DNA of 64,000 nucleotides from Patescibacteria group bacterium (GTDB lineage Bacteria; Patescibacteriota; Patescibacteriia; Magasanikbacterales; JBBTQS01), in NCBI GenBank assembly GCA_038065555.1, contig JBBTQS010000004.1, positions 65 to 64,064 of the forward strand, in the 5' to 3' direction. Each line of letters begins with the position of its first letter. Within the stretch, counting starts at the first letter, position 1. Position numbers and translations under genes: made by a program. This document shows positions 17,581-27,952 of this stretch, piece after piece. The notes beneath the pieces were generated by a model. It saw nothing but the letters and a program-made list of their open reading frames with translations. It was not told the origin of the DNA and searched no databases.

Positions 17581-19602
17581 TTACTGGACAGGAGTTGGGG
17601 CTGGCGCGACGGGGGTAGAGGTCGAGACTGGAGTCAATGCAGAGTATGGCTGAGAGACCGTGCCACTTGCCTGTGCTGCCTTGAGCTCATCTGGAGTCAC
17701 ACCGACGAAGCAGATACGTGGAAGCGGACGATATGTCGAAGGGAACGCACGCTGATCAACTTTGCCGTCAGGACGCTCGATGAAGTAATCGAATGTTGTC
17801 TGTGCGCCGCGATACGAAATCTGACAGTGTGTTTTGCCTGGCGCAAGATCGGTTGTCTTCACACTGCGCGTCTCACCTGGATTAATCCACTTCAACACGG
17901 TTGGCGGTGTGTAGTATGCCTTGCGTCCATCACTTGTGCCCCACAAATAATATTTGAGCGTCACGTTGGGAACATCAACTTCGGTGGTGAGCAGTAGCGA
18001 GTGCCCCGTGTCATTGATGAACTTCAAATCACGCGATGGATCGAAGATCGTTGCGTCGGTTCCTGGATTGCCGTTAGTAAGATCGTTGTAATAACTCACC
18101 ACGAGAGAATGGTTGTAGCGCTCCGAAATATTGAGCCCTGAATTCATGGCTGCACGAAATGCAGTAGAACCAATCTGGCACAATCCACCACCGACGTCTT
18201 TTTCAATTTTGTCACCCTTGATCACGTATTCTGGGACGTATCCATTTGCAAGGGTAATCGGACGAAGTGCAGCAACAAGGGAGAATTCCTCGCCTGGACC
18301 GATCAACAATCCGTGGAGCTTGTCACTGGCATTCTGAATATTCTTGATGCGATCAGGAGAGCTGTGTACGAACTTCGACACACCAACACCGAGCAAATCC
18401 TGAATACCAAGTTGGTTGGTATCTGCGGTGCGAATGGTTGGCTGTTGCTGCACCACTACTAATGTAATTGTTGTCGTTGCCTGAACATTTCCCGCTGCAA
18501 TATCACGCATGCGCTCATTGAGCACCAAATACATCGAATCACGATCGATCGTTCGACCGACCACTGCTGGCTGGAACTGCGTCACGCGCTTGGTTGTCTC
18601 ATCAATAGCGAATCGTGCGTCCTTCGGTTCCATTTCAATTCCCGTGGCGATCTGACCAATACGATCCTCGAATGCACTTCGAGAAATACCGAGCGTCACT
18701 TCACCTGCCGGGCGCTTCTGGACTTCCAGCCATCCGCGATTATCTGCTTCGGTGATGGGCCACGATTGCATCTTGCTCGTTGTTGAGGAAGACTCGCCTG
18801 AGAACGTGAGTGTTGCTACAGCACCACGTGCGACGTCTGCTGCGCGCGCAACCATTTGTGTTGCATCTGCCATTGTAATGACAGGCGACTTCTCGACACG
18901 TGGAATATCAATCTGTCGGAACTGCAACTGACTGACTTGGCGTGCAACCTCGGCGACAGCGTATTCATATGCGAACTCTTCGCCAGCTACTTCTGGAATC
19001 GCATACGCAGCACCATCGATTCCAAATGCCACCGTTGCATTACGCATAGGTGTTTCGTACGACTGTGCATTGGCATGCAGTACATCGAGCAATACTTCTG
19101 GATGCACCGTGGCGACTACAGGAACACGCACACCCTTGGTGCTGGAATTCCAGACGACTCGCAGTCTATTCCAGAATGATCCGCTGCGCCCGACCGCATA
19201 CGCGCGAGCAACTGTGGCGTCAGCATCAATATCTGCAAAAGGCACACTCGTCTCCGTTGATGCACCAAACACCATTGGCAACGAGGTGAAAGAACGCACA
19301 CTCCCCGCTCCATCACGCACTAAAAATGTAAATCCATTATTTGCGAGCGCCACGTCTTGCGCTCGAATCTGCGCTTCTACTTCTGCTCGAGTCAATCCAC
19401 CTACTGCGTACACTCCAACAGAGACGCCAGGGTACATTCGACCTTCGTAATACAATTCATACAGCGCCGGTGCCGAAGCAACAAGACCGACCAACACTAC
19501 AAATACGCCACCGAGAATAAAATACAACAACCGCCGAGGTGATCTCGGCGCGCGAGGTGTTTGTGTCTGCTGTTCTTCTCCTACGGTATTGGTGTGCTCC
19601 AC
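17581..19602 (-). CDS. VanW-family protein with N-terminal TM anchor
   Basis: GGGLCQIGSTAFRAAMNSGL is the VanW core motif. GTG start, no SD. Confidence 0.8.
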   Translation of the reverse strand: MEHTNTVGEEQQTQTPRAPRSPRRLLYFILGGVFVVLVGLVASAPALYELYYEGRMYPGVSVGVYAVGGLTRAEVEAQIRAQDVALANNGFTFLVRDGAGSVRSFTSLPMVFGASTETSVPFADIDADATVARAYAVGRSGSFWNRLRVVWNSSTKGVRVPVVATVHPEVLLDVLHANAQSYETPMRNATVAFGIDGAAYAIPEVAGEEFAYEYAVAEVARQVSQLQFRQIDIPRVEKSPVITMADATQMVARAADVARGAVATLTFSGESSSTTSKMQSWPITEADNRGWLEVQKRPAGEVTLGISRSAFEDRIGQIATGIEMEPKDARFAIDETTKRVTQFQPAVVGRTIDRDSMYLVLNERMRDIAAGNVQATTTITLVVVQQQPTIRTADTNQLGIQDLLGVGVSKFVHSSPDRIKNIQNASDKLHGLLIGPGEEFSLVAALRPITLANGYVPEYVIKGDKIEKDVGGGLCQIGSTAFRAAMNSGLNISERYNHSLVVSYYNDLTNGNPGTDATIFDPSRDLKFINDTGHSLLLTTEVDVPNVTLKYYLWGTSDGRKAYYTPPTVLKWINPGETRSVKTTDLAPGKTHCQISYRGAQTTFDYFIERPDGKVDQRAFPSTYRPLPRICFVGVTPDELKAAQASGTVSQPYSALTPVSTSTPVAPAPTPVQ

Positions 19603-19611
19603 AGGCTTGGA

Positions 19612-20031
19612 TTATGCTTCGTCAATTATTTCGATTGGAATCTCGGCTGAGGCGCGCACGACCGGGATGCGGATTGTCAGAATCCCATTCTTGATCGTCG
19701 CCTTGGATTTGTCCTTGGACACCTCTACCGGCAAAATGATACTTCGCGAGAACGCGCCCCAAAAGCACTCTTGGTAGAAATACTCATGCGACTTAGCTTC
19801 GGTCTGCTGTTGGCGAGCTCCGCGTATCGTCACCATATCGTGGTCAATCGAAACCGACAAGGTCTCTGGATCTGCGCCAGCGATTGGCGCCACGATCACG
19901 AGTTCATTCCCCACCTTCGCCACATCTACTGCAAGCTCTCCTTCAGGTGCAACATGATGCCACGCGAATTCGCGCCGAGGTGCAGCGTTGACATTGATGG
20001 CCTTAGCGTTTGCGCGCAGAAATCGTGGCAT
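19612..20031 (-). CDS. Hsp20/alpha-crystallin small heat-shock protein
   Basis: ACD domain pattern: WHHVAPEGELAVDVAKVGNELVIVAPIAG...TLSVSIDHDMVTIRG...KNGILTIRIP. Confidence 0.85.
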   Translation of the reverse strand: MPRFLRANAKAINVNAAPRREFAWHHVAPEGELAVDVAKVGNELVIVAPIAGADPETLSVSIDHDMVTIRGARQQQTEAKSHEYFYQECFWGAFSRSIILPVEVSKDKSKATIKNGILTIRIPVVRASAEIPIEIIDEA

Positions 20032-20278
20032 ACGTAATCGTCAAAAGGTACAAAAGTACGGCCAGATGCAGGTGTGTTGAGGATTCCATCCCCAAAAAAC
20101 TCCCGTCGATGGCAACTACATACCCAAAGGTAAAAAGCACGGCAAGCCAAAATGGAATGAAGACGAACTGCATATGCGCATAGTATACCCCACGAGGCAG
20201 GCTCTTGCCAAGAATACGCAAGTGTGATGAGATCATCGACTATGCGCCGGAAACCACCACATTATTCCGACAAAATCT

Positions 20279-20902
20279 ATGCAACCACCACGAGTACTGC
20301 CAGCGGGTCACCGCGTGGCTGTTTTTGATTTCGAGCACACATTGTTTGCCATGCGTCGATTCTTGCGTGAGCAGGTTTTTGAGGCGCTTGTGCCACTAGG
20401 AATGAGCGCGAAGCAATTTGCTACACACTATCGCGCACTCGCGAACACGTACCAAGAACGATTGATCCCGCGTGGACTCTGTCGTCGTCTTGCCAAGGAA
20501 TGCGGCACATCGATTCTGCAAATCGAAGTCGCGATTGCGGAACGCCTCTTCAGTCCTGCAGCGCGCGACTACCTCTCACACCACATCAACCAACTCGTCG
20601 CACGCGCACGCATGTCACACGATCGGCTTCTCCTCATGTGTGACGGATCAGAACCGTACAAACAAAACTGGCTCCGTCATGTTGGTATCTACTCCTGGTT
20701 CAATCCCGAAGAAATCATTCTCGCGCGTAGCAAACGTGTTGCGCTCCAACACCATCTAGGCCCCGTGTCTCACGTCACCATGGTGTCTGGATATCAGCGA
20801 GACGCCCGAGACCTCGCAGCCGTGATCAACAAACGCGGTGCAGCAGTACTGCCCATCGTTACTAGACACGAGACACTAGACCGCGCAATCGAACTTTTGT
20901 AG
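20279..20902 (+). CDS. HAD-superfamily-like hydrolase (degenerate motif I FDFEHTL)
   Basis: 207 aa, N-terminal hhhFDFEHTLF. Weak family assignment. Confidence 0.45.
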   Translation: MQPPRVLPAGHRVAVFDFEHTLFAMRRFLREQVFEALVPLGMSAKQFATHYRALANTYQERLIPRGLCRRLAKECGTSILQIEVAIAERLFSPAARDYLSHHINQLVARARMSHDRLLLMCDGSEPYKQNWLRHVGIYSWFNPEEIILARSKRVALQHHLGPVSHVTMVSGYQRDARDLAAVINKRGAAVLPIVTRHETLDRAIELL

Positions 20903-20995
20903 ATGCAAAAAATATGCACAGCCCTTGTTTGACACTGCAAAAACCCAGGCGTACAATTCCGTGGTCAATCCCCAACTTCTGCCAAGGAGGCACCT

Positions 20996-21829
20996 GTGGG
21001 AAGTAGCGCCAATGGTTTCCAACCCGTCGTTGCGATCACCGATGTTCGTCACTTCCACCGGAGGTCTCGACTCAATACGATCGTCGACGAGATTACGAAG
21101 ATCCCGAGCACGCCAGTGTTCAAGCTGACGGCTCTCGAATCGCGTCTCGCGTCGATGCAGATCGACACGTACACACACCTCGCACTCCAACTGCACCACG
21201 CGATGACTCTCGGCAATGTCGGTGAGGCTATCGTCGTGGTGTACGAGGACTTCGCGACGGACGAGCAAGACGTCGTCGCTCGACTGCGATCTGCACAGCC
21301 CGGACTCGCCAACATGCGATTCCACATGTACCGTCACACCGAGGTACGTAAAGGACTCCAAGAAGGTCGGACTATCGTGGTTCGGTGCATGGATACGCGT
21401 GGTTCTGTGAACGGCTCACTGACTGTCGCAGAGCGCGTCCAACACCACCTCCAGTTGCCGGAGACTCCGTATGTCTTCGCACAAGCTGGCGGGTCGGGCA
21501 TCGCAGACCCCTACGAACGCGAGATCTCACTGCGTCATCTGGGCCAGATGGTGCTAAAGGTCAGACCAGCAAAGATCGTGCTCACGGTTCACGAGCGCTG
21601 CGCTCGCATGTTCGGCGCACAGAAGGACATCGTCCCCCTGTGCACACAACACGAACAGCTCAGCGCCAGCAGCCTCAGCTACCGCAAGGGAGTCGAAACC
21701 CTGTTGCGCAACATGGGGCACACCTGTGAGATCATCGAGCTGCTCCACGAGACCGACGCATCCCACATGCACAGACTCGTAGACATCCCGCGCGACACCA
21801 CGTTCACGTCTCACGCACACGCTGCGTAG
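20996..21829 (+). CDS. beta-carbonic-anhydrase-like protein A (divergent)
   Basis: GTG start with AAGGAGG 8 nt upstream. CMDTR (CxDxR) ... ~65 aa ... HERC (HxxC) zinc-ligand spacing typical of beta-CA. The RN.GN motif is degraded to AQAGG. Confidence 0.5.
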   Translation: MGSSANGFQPVVAITDVRHFHRRSRLNTIVDEITKIPSTPVFKLTALESRLASMQIDTYTHLALQLHHAMTLGNVGEAIVVVYEDFATDEQDVVARLRSAQPGLANMRFHMYRHTEVRKGLQEGRTIVVRCMDTRGSVNGSLTVAERVQHHLQLPETPYVFAQAGGSGIADPYEREISLRHLGQMVLKVRPAKIVLTVHERCARMFGAQKDIVPLCTQHEQLSASSLSYRKGVETLLRNMGHTCEIIELLHETDASHMHRLVDIPRDTTFTSHAHAA

Positions 21830-21952
21830 GCACAACCCAGAGACCACAGTCCGGATGAACGAGAACACTCGTTGCACCGGCTGTGGTCTTCTGCTTTTGA
21901 CAACTCGCAACCTTGCTCCTACACTGAGCGCATATTCATTTCTTCCTGGCGT

Positions 21953-23011
21953 ATGCCCAACAAGATCGCTCAGTTCGTTCTCGAGCGCAACAACGAGCAA
22001 AGCACCGCATTTAGCAGCCCCGACGCATCCCTTGCTCGACGCAAATACCGCAGTTTGCACCCGACCGAAATCGCAGCACTCAAGTGCATGGATGGCCGTC
22101 TCAACCTCGCAGTCATTACGCAGACTCCAGTAGGTATCATCCAACCGTTTCGCAATATCGGCGGCAAATTCGATATGGGATGGCCATACTTCGGTCGTCT
22201 GATGCTCGAGTGGGTTGATTACGCGGTGAGCAAAGGACGCAACGCGCTCCTCCTCATCACCTACCACTACTCCAAAGGCGACACACATCGCGGATGCAAA
22301 GGATTCGGATACGACACCGATGCTGCCCGCGTGTACACCGCGAATCTCAAGAAGCAAGCTGAAGCAGTATTTGGATTTGGCCATGCTGTTGTCTACCCAA
22401 TTCAGGTAGGTATCGAGACTGACGACGACGGACTCATTGTGCACAGCCAAGACGGTCGCACCCTCGATATGTCCGAAGTTGGTGACATCACTGAGGACGA
22501 ATTGCGTGCACGCATTATTCGATTGTTCCCAGACATGCAGATGCAGGTCGTGGATGATTTGCTCGCATTGCTTCTGGGCAACCACAACCACATCAAGGCA
22601 GTTCGTGCGATGCAGCGCCCTGTTGCAGACGTCGAGCACAAGGAGCAGATTCTCGCCATTGGTCGCGGATTCGACTGGCTCCACTTGCTCAACAAGGCAT
22701 TCATCATCGGTCCGTACGACACGGATTTGGTCAAGCCAATTGCAACCGCATCCAAGTTGCTCCTCGACAATCTCAACGCAGGACGCATTCCAAAAGAAGA
22801 AGGTCTGCTCATCATGATTGGCACTGCATATCGCTACGAAGCAGGTCCAGAAAAACCATGGGCAATTGAAAAAGCAAAGACTCTTGCTCATTTCACCATG
22901 GCAGTAATTCAGGACCACGCACCCGAACTCCTCGATCATGCACAGGTTCTTGTGGGCGCAGTCAATCAGAACACTCGCGTGTTCAATCAGATCACCATTA
23001 GCAAATATTGA
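21953..23011 (+). CDS. beta-carbonic-anhydrase-like protein B with C-terminal extension
   Basis: CMDGR, FRNIGG (matching the beta-CA VRNAGN motif), THRGC (HxxC). ATG at 21953 preferred over the upstream TTG start. Confidence 0.55.
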   Translation: MPNKIAQFVLERNNEQSTAFSSPDASLARRKYRSLHPTEIAALKCMDGRLNLAVITQTPVGIIQPFRNIGGKFDMGWPYFGRLMLEWVDYAVSKGRNALLLITYHYSKGDTHRGCKGFGYDTDAARVYTANLKKQAEAVFGFGHAVVYPIQVGIETDDDGLIVHSQDGRTLDMSEVGDITEDELRARIIRLFPDMQMQVVDDLLALLLGNHNHIKAVRAMQRPVADVEHKEQILAIGRGFDWLHLLNKAFIIGPYDTDLVKPIATASKLLLDNLNAGRIPKEEGLLIMIGTAYRYEAGPEKPWAIEKAKTLAHFTMAVIQDHAPELLDHAQVLVGAVNQNTRVFNQITISKY

Positions 23012-23048
23012 CAGAGTCTCTACGATCCCTTATATTGGGGTCGTAAAC

Positions 23049-23123
23049 GTCGCTATCGTCTAATGGTTAGGACGCTAGGTTTTCATCCTGGAAATCGGGG
23101 TTCAATTCCCCGTAGCGATACCA
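23049..23123 (+). tRNA. tRNA-Glu (anticodon TTC), CCA encoded
   Basis: Hand-folded cloverleaf: acceptor gtcgcta/tagcgat, D stem gtct/ggac, anticodon stem ctagg/cctgg, loop ttTTCat, T loop ttcaatt, 3' acca. Confidence 0.88.
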
Positions 23124-23269
23124 AGAAAGAGTACCCGTTCGAGGGTACAACGTCCCCAGCCCTCCCGGGCTGGGGCGTTTCGTTCTCGGCTTGGTAGAGA
23201 CATTCCTCTTGCTCAGACGTGCAGTCGCTACCTTCGCCTCCGAAGGCCCCTCGAACGGGTACTCTTTCT
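23124..23269. repeat. perfect 22-bp inverted repeat immediately 3' of tRNA-Glu, enclosing a terminator hairpin
   Basis: agaaagagtacccgttcgaggg at 23124-23145, reverse complement at 23248-23269. Confidence 0.85.
23154..23190 (+). terminator. rho-independent terminator after tRNA-Glu
   Basis: ccccagccc tcc cgggctgggg followed by cgtttcgttctc. Confidence 0.55.
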
Positions 23270-23321
23270 TGGTGCGTATGTGGCGTTGCCAATTCCTCTG
23301 TCTGTGTTAGGATTCTTGGGT

Positions 23322-24332
23322 ATGTATATCCTTGGTATTGAGACATCTTGTGATGACACTGCGGCTGCACTCGTGACTCAACGAGGGGGTCGATTTGTTG
23401 TGGAGCGGAGTTGTGTGTCTTCGCAGATTGATATTCACAAAATTTATGGTGGTGTCGTGCCAGAGATTGCAGGGCGCAAACATGCGGACTCGATTATCCC
23501 TGTAATCCGTGAGGCGCTGGGCAACACTCGACCTGATGCCATTGCAGTGACTGCAGGTCCAGGTCTTGTTACTTCGTTGGTTGTAGGCGTCGAAGCTGCG
23601 CGCGCATTGTCCTATGCATGGGGTGGTGTACCGATCGTCCGCACCAACCACATCGAAGGTCACATCTATTCCACGCTGCTGGGAGAAACCGCACCGACAG
23701 AGATCGCCTTCCCTGCTATGGCGCTGATTGTCTCTGGAGGACACACGGAGCTCATTCTCATGCGCGGACATGGCGACTACACGCTCATCGGGCGCACGCG
23801 AGACGACGCTGTTGGCGAGTGCTTCGACAAGGCAGCGAAAGTCATGGGGCTGGAATATCCAGGTGGACCGAAGATCAGCAAGCTCGCGCTCGAAGGCAAG
23901 CGCGACGCGATCGCATTCCCCCGCCCAATGAAGACGAGTGATGATTTTGATTTTTCTTTCGCTGGACTGAAGACTTCTGTGCTGTATTATTTGCGAGACA
24001 ATCCCACAGCAAATCATGCAGACGTCTGTGCGAGTTTCGAGCAAGCGGTGACTGACGTACTTGTTGCAAAGACCGTACGTGCAGCGCAGGAGTATAACAC
24101 CGCATCAGTGATTCTCTCCGGCGGAGTGAGCGCCAACCGCTACTTGCGCGAAGGATTACGCGCAGCGTTGGTGCGTGAGCTTCCCGAGTGCGCTGTGCTT
24201 ATCCCAGAGCTTCAATACACCACAGACAACGCCGCAATGATTGCGGCTGCCGGATGGTTCCATGCACAAAACAAAGACTACACACAGTGGAGTGCGATTA
24301 CAGCTGATCCTGCGTGGGAATTGGTGAACTAG
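23322..24332 (+). CDS. tsaD: tRNA N6-adenosine threonylcarbamoyltransferase TsaD
   Basis: MYILGIETSCDDTAAA..., HIEGH, GGVSANRYLR motifs. Confidence 0.9.
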   Translation: MYILGIETSCDDTAAALVTQRGGRFVVERSCVSSQIDIHKIYGGVVPEIAGRKHADSIIPVIREALGNTRPDAIAVTAGPGLVTSLVVGVEAARALSYAWGGVPIVRTNHIEGHIYSTLLGETAPTEIAFPAMALIVSGGHTELILMRGHGDYTLIGRTRDDAVGECFDKAAKVMGLEYPGGPKISKLALEGKRDAIAFPRPMKTSDDFDFSFAGLKTSVLYYLRDNPTANHADVCASFEQAVTDVLVAKTVRAAQEYNTASVILSGGVSANRYLREGLRAALVRELPECAVLIPELQYTTDNAAMIAAAGWFHAQNKDYTQWSAITADPAWELVN

Positions 24333-27300
24333 TGGTAAGCAGCGCACGCACGGCTACTTGCGTAGCTTCATCCCACATAATCCGATACCCAGTAATCACC
24401 TTTTGCCCACCGACCTCGAGTACGACTTGGTGATCGCCTAGATTATTTGCAAAAAATGTTTTGAGTGCTGATTTCATCTCAGGAGTTGCCTCCGCTGGGA
24501 TGGTAATGACTGCTTGAGGAAGTGGTGCAGGTGGCTCTGGTGCGCGATATGGCTCAGGCTCTGCAGGCGCGGGCAGTGGGGCGTCAGACGTGGACTTCTT
24601 CGCAGTGCGAGTATAGGTTGGTTTCACTTCTACACCACCTGTCAGTTGTGCAACGACACCATCCATGGTTTCTTCGGTGAGTTCGTACGCTTTTTCTACC
24701 ATGAGTTTGTTGTCCCCGGCTTCCTTGCCTTTGCGACCCATGACAGCGACAATCTTGCCGACGACCCAGAGGCCTTCAGTTCCTTCATACGCCTTTGGGA
24801 ATACAAGGAGCTCCATGGATCCATGCACGTCTTCGACAGTTACAAATGCCATCACCTTTCCTTTTTGAGTGATTTTCTTTTTCATGAGACGAACAATGCC
24901 GGCGATGGTCACCCACGCACCAGGCTCCTTCGCCTCCACATCCGGAATGGAGACGAGCATGCGTCCGATGCGCTTCTCGTACACCGTGAGTGGATGACCT
25001 GAGATATACAATCCGAGCAATTCCTTCTCCCATCCGAGACGTTCGTTGTCCGAAGCCGCAGGAGCCTCCGCAAGTGCCACCTTGGTCGCGAGCTCCATAC
25101 CGCTGCCGAAGAACAACGACTCCTGATTTGTCGTTGCACGCACCGCAGACTCTTTGCAAAACGTAATGATACTCTCAATGTTGCTGAGCAATAATCCGCG
25201 TTCATACCCAAAACAATCAAGCGCACCCACCTTGATGAGCGACTCGAGTGATTTGCGATTCATGTCGCGATCATGCACGCGGTCAAGCAAATTCTCGAGT
25301 GACGTGAACGGTCCATTCTCTCGGCGCTCACGAATAACTACCTGACAAATATGCTCACCCACGTTCTTCACCGCAGAGAGTCCGAATCGAATTTGCATCG
25401 GCGTGCCATCTGATCCAGTCGATACCACGGTGAACTTCTCAAACGACTCGTTAATGTGCGGAGCAGATACTTCGATATCCATGCGACGACACTCTGCAAC
25501 AATCGACGCGATCTTGTCGTTGTCACCTGTCTCAGCTGTGAGCACCGCTGCCATGTAACACACAGGATAGTGCGCCTTGAGATACGCTGTCTGATACGCA
25601 ACAACGGCGTAGCTGGCAGCATGCGCCTTGTTGAACCCATAGGCCGCAAACGGCTCGATGAGTTTCCAAATTTCTTCTGTTTTTTCTTTCGTGAGGCCAC
25701 CGTACTCCACACAGCCTTTCACGAACTTCTCCTTCTGCTGTGCCATCTCCTCGGGAATTTTCTTACCCATGGCCTTACGCAATTTGTCGGCGTCGAGCCA
25801 CGAGTAGTGCGCGAGTGTGATAGCCGTGAGCATTACGTCGTCCTGGTACACCATGATACCGAAGGACTTGTCCATGACAGCTTCAAGTCGTGGATCCATG
25901 TACATGACTGGCTTGCGACCATGCTTGCGCTCGATGTACTCGGGAATGGACTCCATCGGACCAGGGCGAAAGAGCGCCACCATAGCCATGATGTCGAAGA
26001 TCGTAGACGGGCGCAGATCCTTGAGATAGCGCGTCATGCCTGAACCCGAGAGCTGGAACACACCCATCGTCTCACCACGCGCGAGCATCTCATACGTCAG
26101 CTTGTCGTCGAAAGGCAACTTCATGATGTCGATCTTCTCTCCATGAATTTGATCGATGAGCTGCACCGCATTTCCAAGAATGGAGAGATTGCGAATACCA
26201 AGGAAGTCCATCTTGAGCAATCCCGCGGCTTCGACAGATTTCATTTCGTACTGCGTCGTGATCTTGTCTCCACCAACTTCACGCTGGATTGGAGTGAAGT
26301 CTGTGAGCGTGGTTGCAGCGATGACCACACCCGCCGCGTGAATCGATGTATGACGCACATTACCTTCGATCTTTTGCGCGATCGTGAGGAGACGCTGTAC
26401 ATCTTCGTTGGCATCGAAGAGTTTCTTGAGATCTGGCGCCTCCTTGAGCGCGCGCTCAATCGTCATCGGGAATCCTTGCGCACCAATTGGAATGAGCTTC
26501 GCCACCTGGTCACAAAAGTTGTACGAGAGTCCGAGCGCTCGACCTGCATCACGCGCTGCAGCGCGCGCAGCCATGGTTCCAAACGTGAGAATTTGTGCCA
26601 CTTTGTCCGCGCCATACTTGCGTGTCACGTATGCGTGCACTTCATCACGTCGATCGTCGGCAAAGTCCGTATCAATATCCGGCGCACTCGGACGCTCTGG
26701 GTTCAAGAAACGTTCAAACGGCAATTTGAAATACAACGGATCTACCGTCGTGATATTGAGTGCGTAAGACACGAGCGATCCAGCAGCCGAACCACGAGTG
26801 GTTTCGACAATGCCATTATCACGCGCCCACTGCACATAATCCGCTACAGCAAGGAAATACGCTGCGTACCCCTTCGTCTTGATGATATCAAGCTCGTACC
26901 GCGCACGCGCACGCACATCATCAGTGAGCTCCATGAGTGCAGGCAACCGCGCCCACGTCTGATCCTCGAGCTCCTGATCTGCAGTCTTGCCCTCAGGAAT
27001 CGGAATTGGCGGGAAGAACCATTGACCCAATGGAATCTCTACGTTGCACGCATCCACAATTCGCTGCGTGTTGTCGATCGCCTCAGGTACATGCCCAAAC
27101 CGACTGCGCATGTCAGCTTCATCATTGAGCGAGCGATCCACATGCAACATCTTCGCACGCGACGGATCACTCACCTGCCGACCCATGCGAATACACGTCA
27201 CAATATCTTGCGCCTCACTATCTTCGGGATTGAGATAGTGCACATCACGTGTTGCGACAACCGGGACGTTCATGCGACGACCAAGTTCCACAAGTGTGTT

Positions 27301-27870
27301 GTTCATGCTCACCTGCCCGTCGATCTCTGGATGATCTTGCAACTCGAGATAGAGATTGCCTTCACCAAAGATCTCGACATATTCACGTACTTCACGCTCC
27401 CAAATTGTCTGATCATCTGTAGAGCGGATCACCTGCGGGATAACACCATCCATGCAGCCAGTGAGCGCAATGAGATCGTGCGCATGCTCGCGCAGAATCG
27501 CTTTGTCGATGCGCGGCTTGCCATTGAGGAGTCCGTCAATCTGTCCGACGGAAATCAATTTCATGAGCGACTTATAACCTTCGTAATTTTTTGCCAAAAG
27601 CACAATATGATGGACCTTCACGTCAGTCCCCGCAGTCTCGCGCGTTGCGATGCCGTGCGGAGCCACGTAGAGTTCTGCCCCAATGATCGGCTTGATCCCG
27701 TCAGCGAGACACTTTTCATAAAAACTAATCGCTCCGTACAACGCATTGTAGTCCGTGAGCGCAATCGCCGAAAAACCCCGCTTTTTTGCGGTTTTGATGA
27801 GCTGTCCAATCTTCGGCAAACCGTCGAGCAGCGAGTAGTGTGAGTGGACGTGCAGGTGCGTGAACGCCAT
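24298..27870 (-). CDS. dnaE: DNA polymerase III alpha subunit
   Basis: PHP domain FTHLHVHSHYSLLDG; Pol IIIa core and OB-fold regions; 1190 aa. Confidence 0.95.
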   Translation of the reverse strand: MAFTHLHVHSHYSLLDGLPKIGQLIKTAKKRGFSAIALTDYNALYGAISFYEKCLADGIKPIIGAELYVAPHGIATRETAGTDVKVHHIVLLAKNYEGYKSLMKLISVGQIDGLLNGKPRIDKAILREHAHDLIALTGCMDGVIPQVIRSTDDQTIWEREVREYVEIFGEGNLYLELQDHPEIDGQVSMNNTLVELGRRMNVPVVATRDVHYLNPEDSEAQDIVTCIRMGRQVSDPSRAKMLHVDRSLNDEADMRSRFGHVPEAIDNTQRIVDACNVEIPLGQWFFPPIPIPEGKTADQELEDQTWARLPALMELTDDVRARARYELDIIKTKGYAAYFLAVADYVQWARDNGIVETTRGSAAGSLVSYALNITTVDPLYFKLPFERFLNPERPSAPDIDTDFADDRRDEVHAYVTRKYGADKVAQILTFGTMAARAAARDAGRALGLSYNFCDQVAKLIPIGAQGFPMTIERALKEAPDLKKLFDANEDVQRLLTIAQKIEGNVRHTSIHAAGVVIAATTLTDFTPIQREVGGDKITTQYEMKSVEAAGLLKMDFLGIRNLSILGNAVQLIDQIHGEKIDIMKLPFDDKLTYEMLARGETMGVFQLSGSGMTRYLKDLRPSTIFDIMAMVALFRPGPMESIPEYIERKHGRKPVMYMDPRLEAVMDKSFGIMVYQDDVMLTAITLAHYSWLDADKLRKAMGKKIPEEMAQQKEKFVKGCVEYGGLTKEKTEEIWKLIEPFAAYGFNKAHAASYAVVAYQTAYLKAHYPVCYMAAVLTAETGDNDKIASIVAECRRMDIEVSAPHINESFEKFTVVSTGSDGTPMQIRFGLSAVKNVGEHICQVVIRERRENGPFTSLENLLDRVHDRDMNRKSLESLIKVGALDCFGYERGLLLSNIESIITFCKESAVRATTNQESLFFGSGMELATKVALAEAPAASDNERLGWEKELLGLYISGHPLTVYEKRIGRMLVSIPDVEAKEPGAWVTIAGIVRLMKKKITQKGKVMAFVTVEDVHGSMELLVFPKAYEGTEGLWVVGKIVAVMGRKGKEAGDNKLMVEKAYELTEETMDGVVAQLTGGVEVKPTYTRTAKKSTSDAPLPAPAEPEPYRAPEPPAPLPQAVITIPAEATPEMKSALKTFFANNLGDHQVVLEVGGQKVITGYRIMWDEATQVAVRALLTTSSPIPTQDQL

Positions 27871-27952
27871 AGCAACACCACCTTACCATCCGTTGACGAA
27901 AGTACACAATATGGTAGTGTTGGTGCGGCCAATCACGGCCATGAGGTGTTCA

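Noticed and set aside
20003-20236. 77-aa minus ORF overlapping the hsp20 start
   Set aside because: No RBS. Overlaps hsp20 by ~29 nt. Contains one hydrophobic stretch but is likely fortuitous.
21554-22939. 461-aa minus-strand ORF spanning both beta-CA-like genes
   Set aside because: Antisense to two well-formed plus-strand genes. Product is Cys/Trp/Phe-rich and repetitive-looking. High-GC antisense frames commonly stay open.
26143-27843. 566-aa plus-strand ORF
   Set aside because: Lies entirely antisense within dnaE, whose product is unambiguous. Composition is not protein-like.
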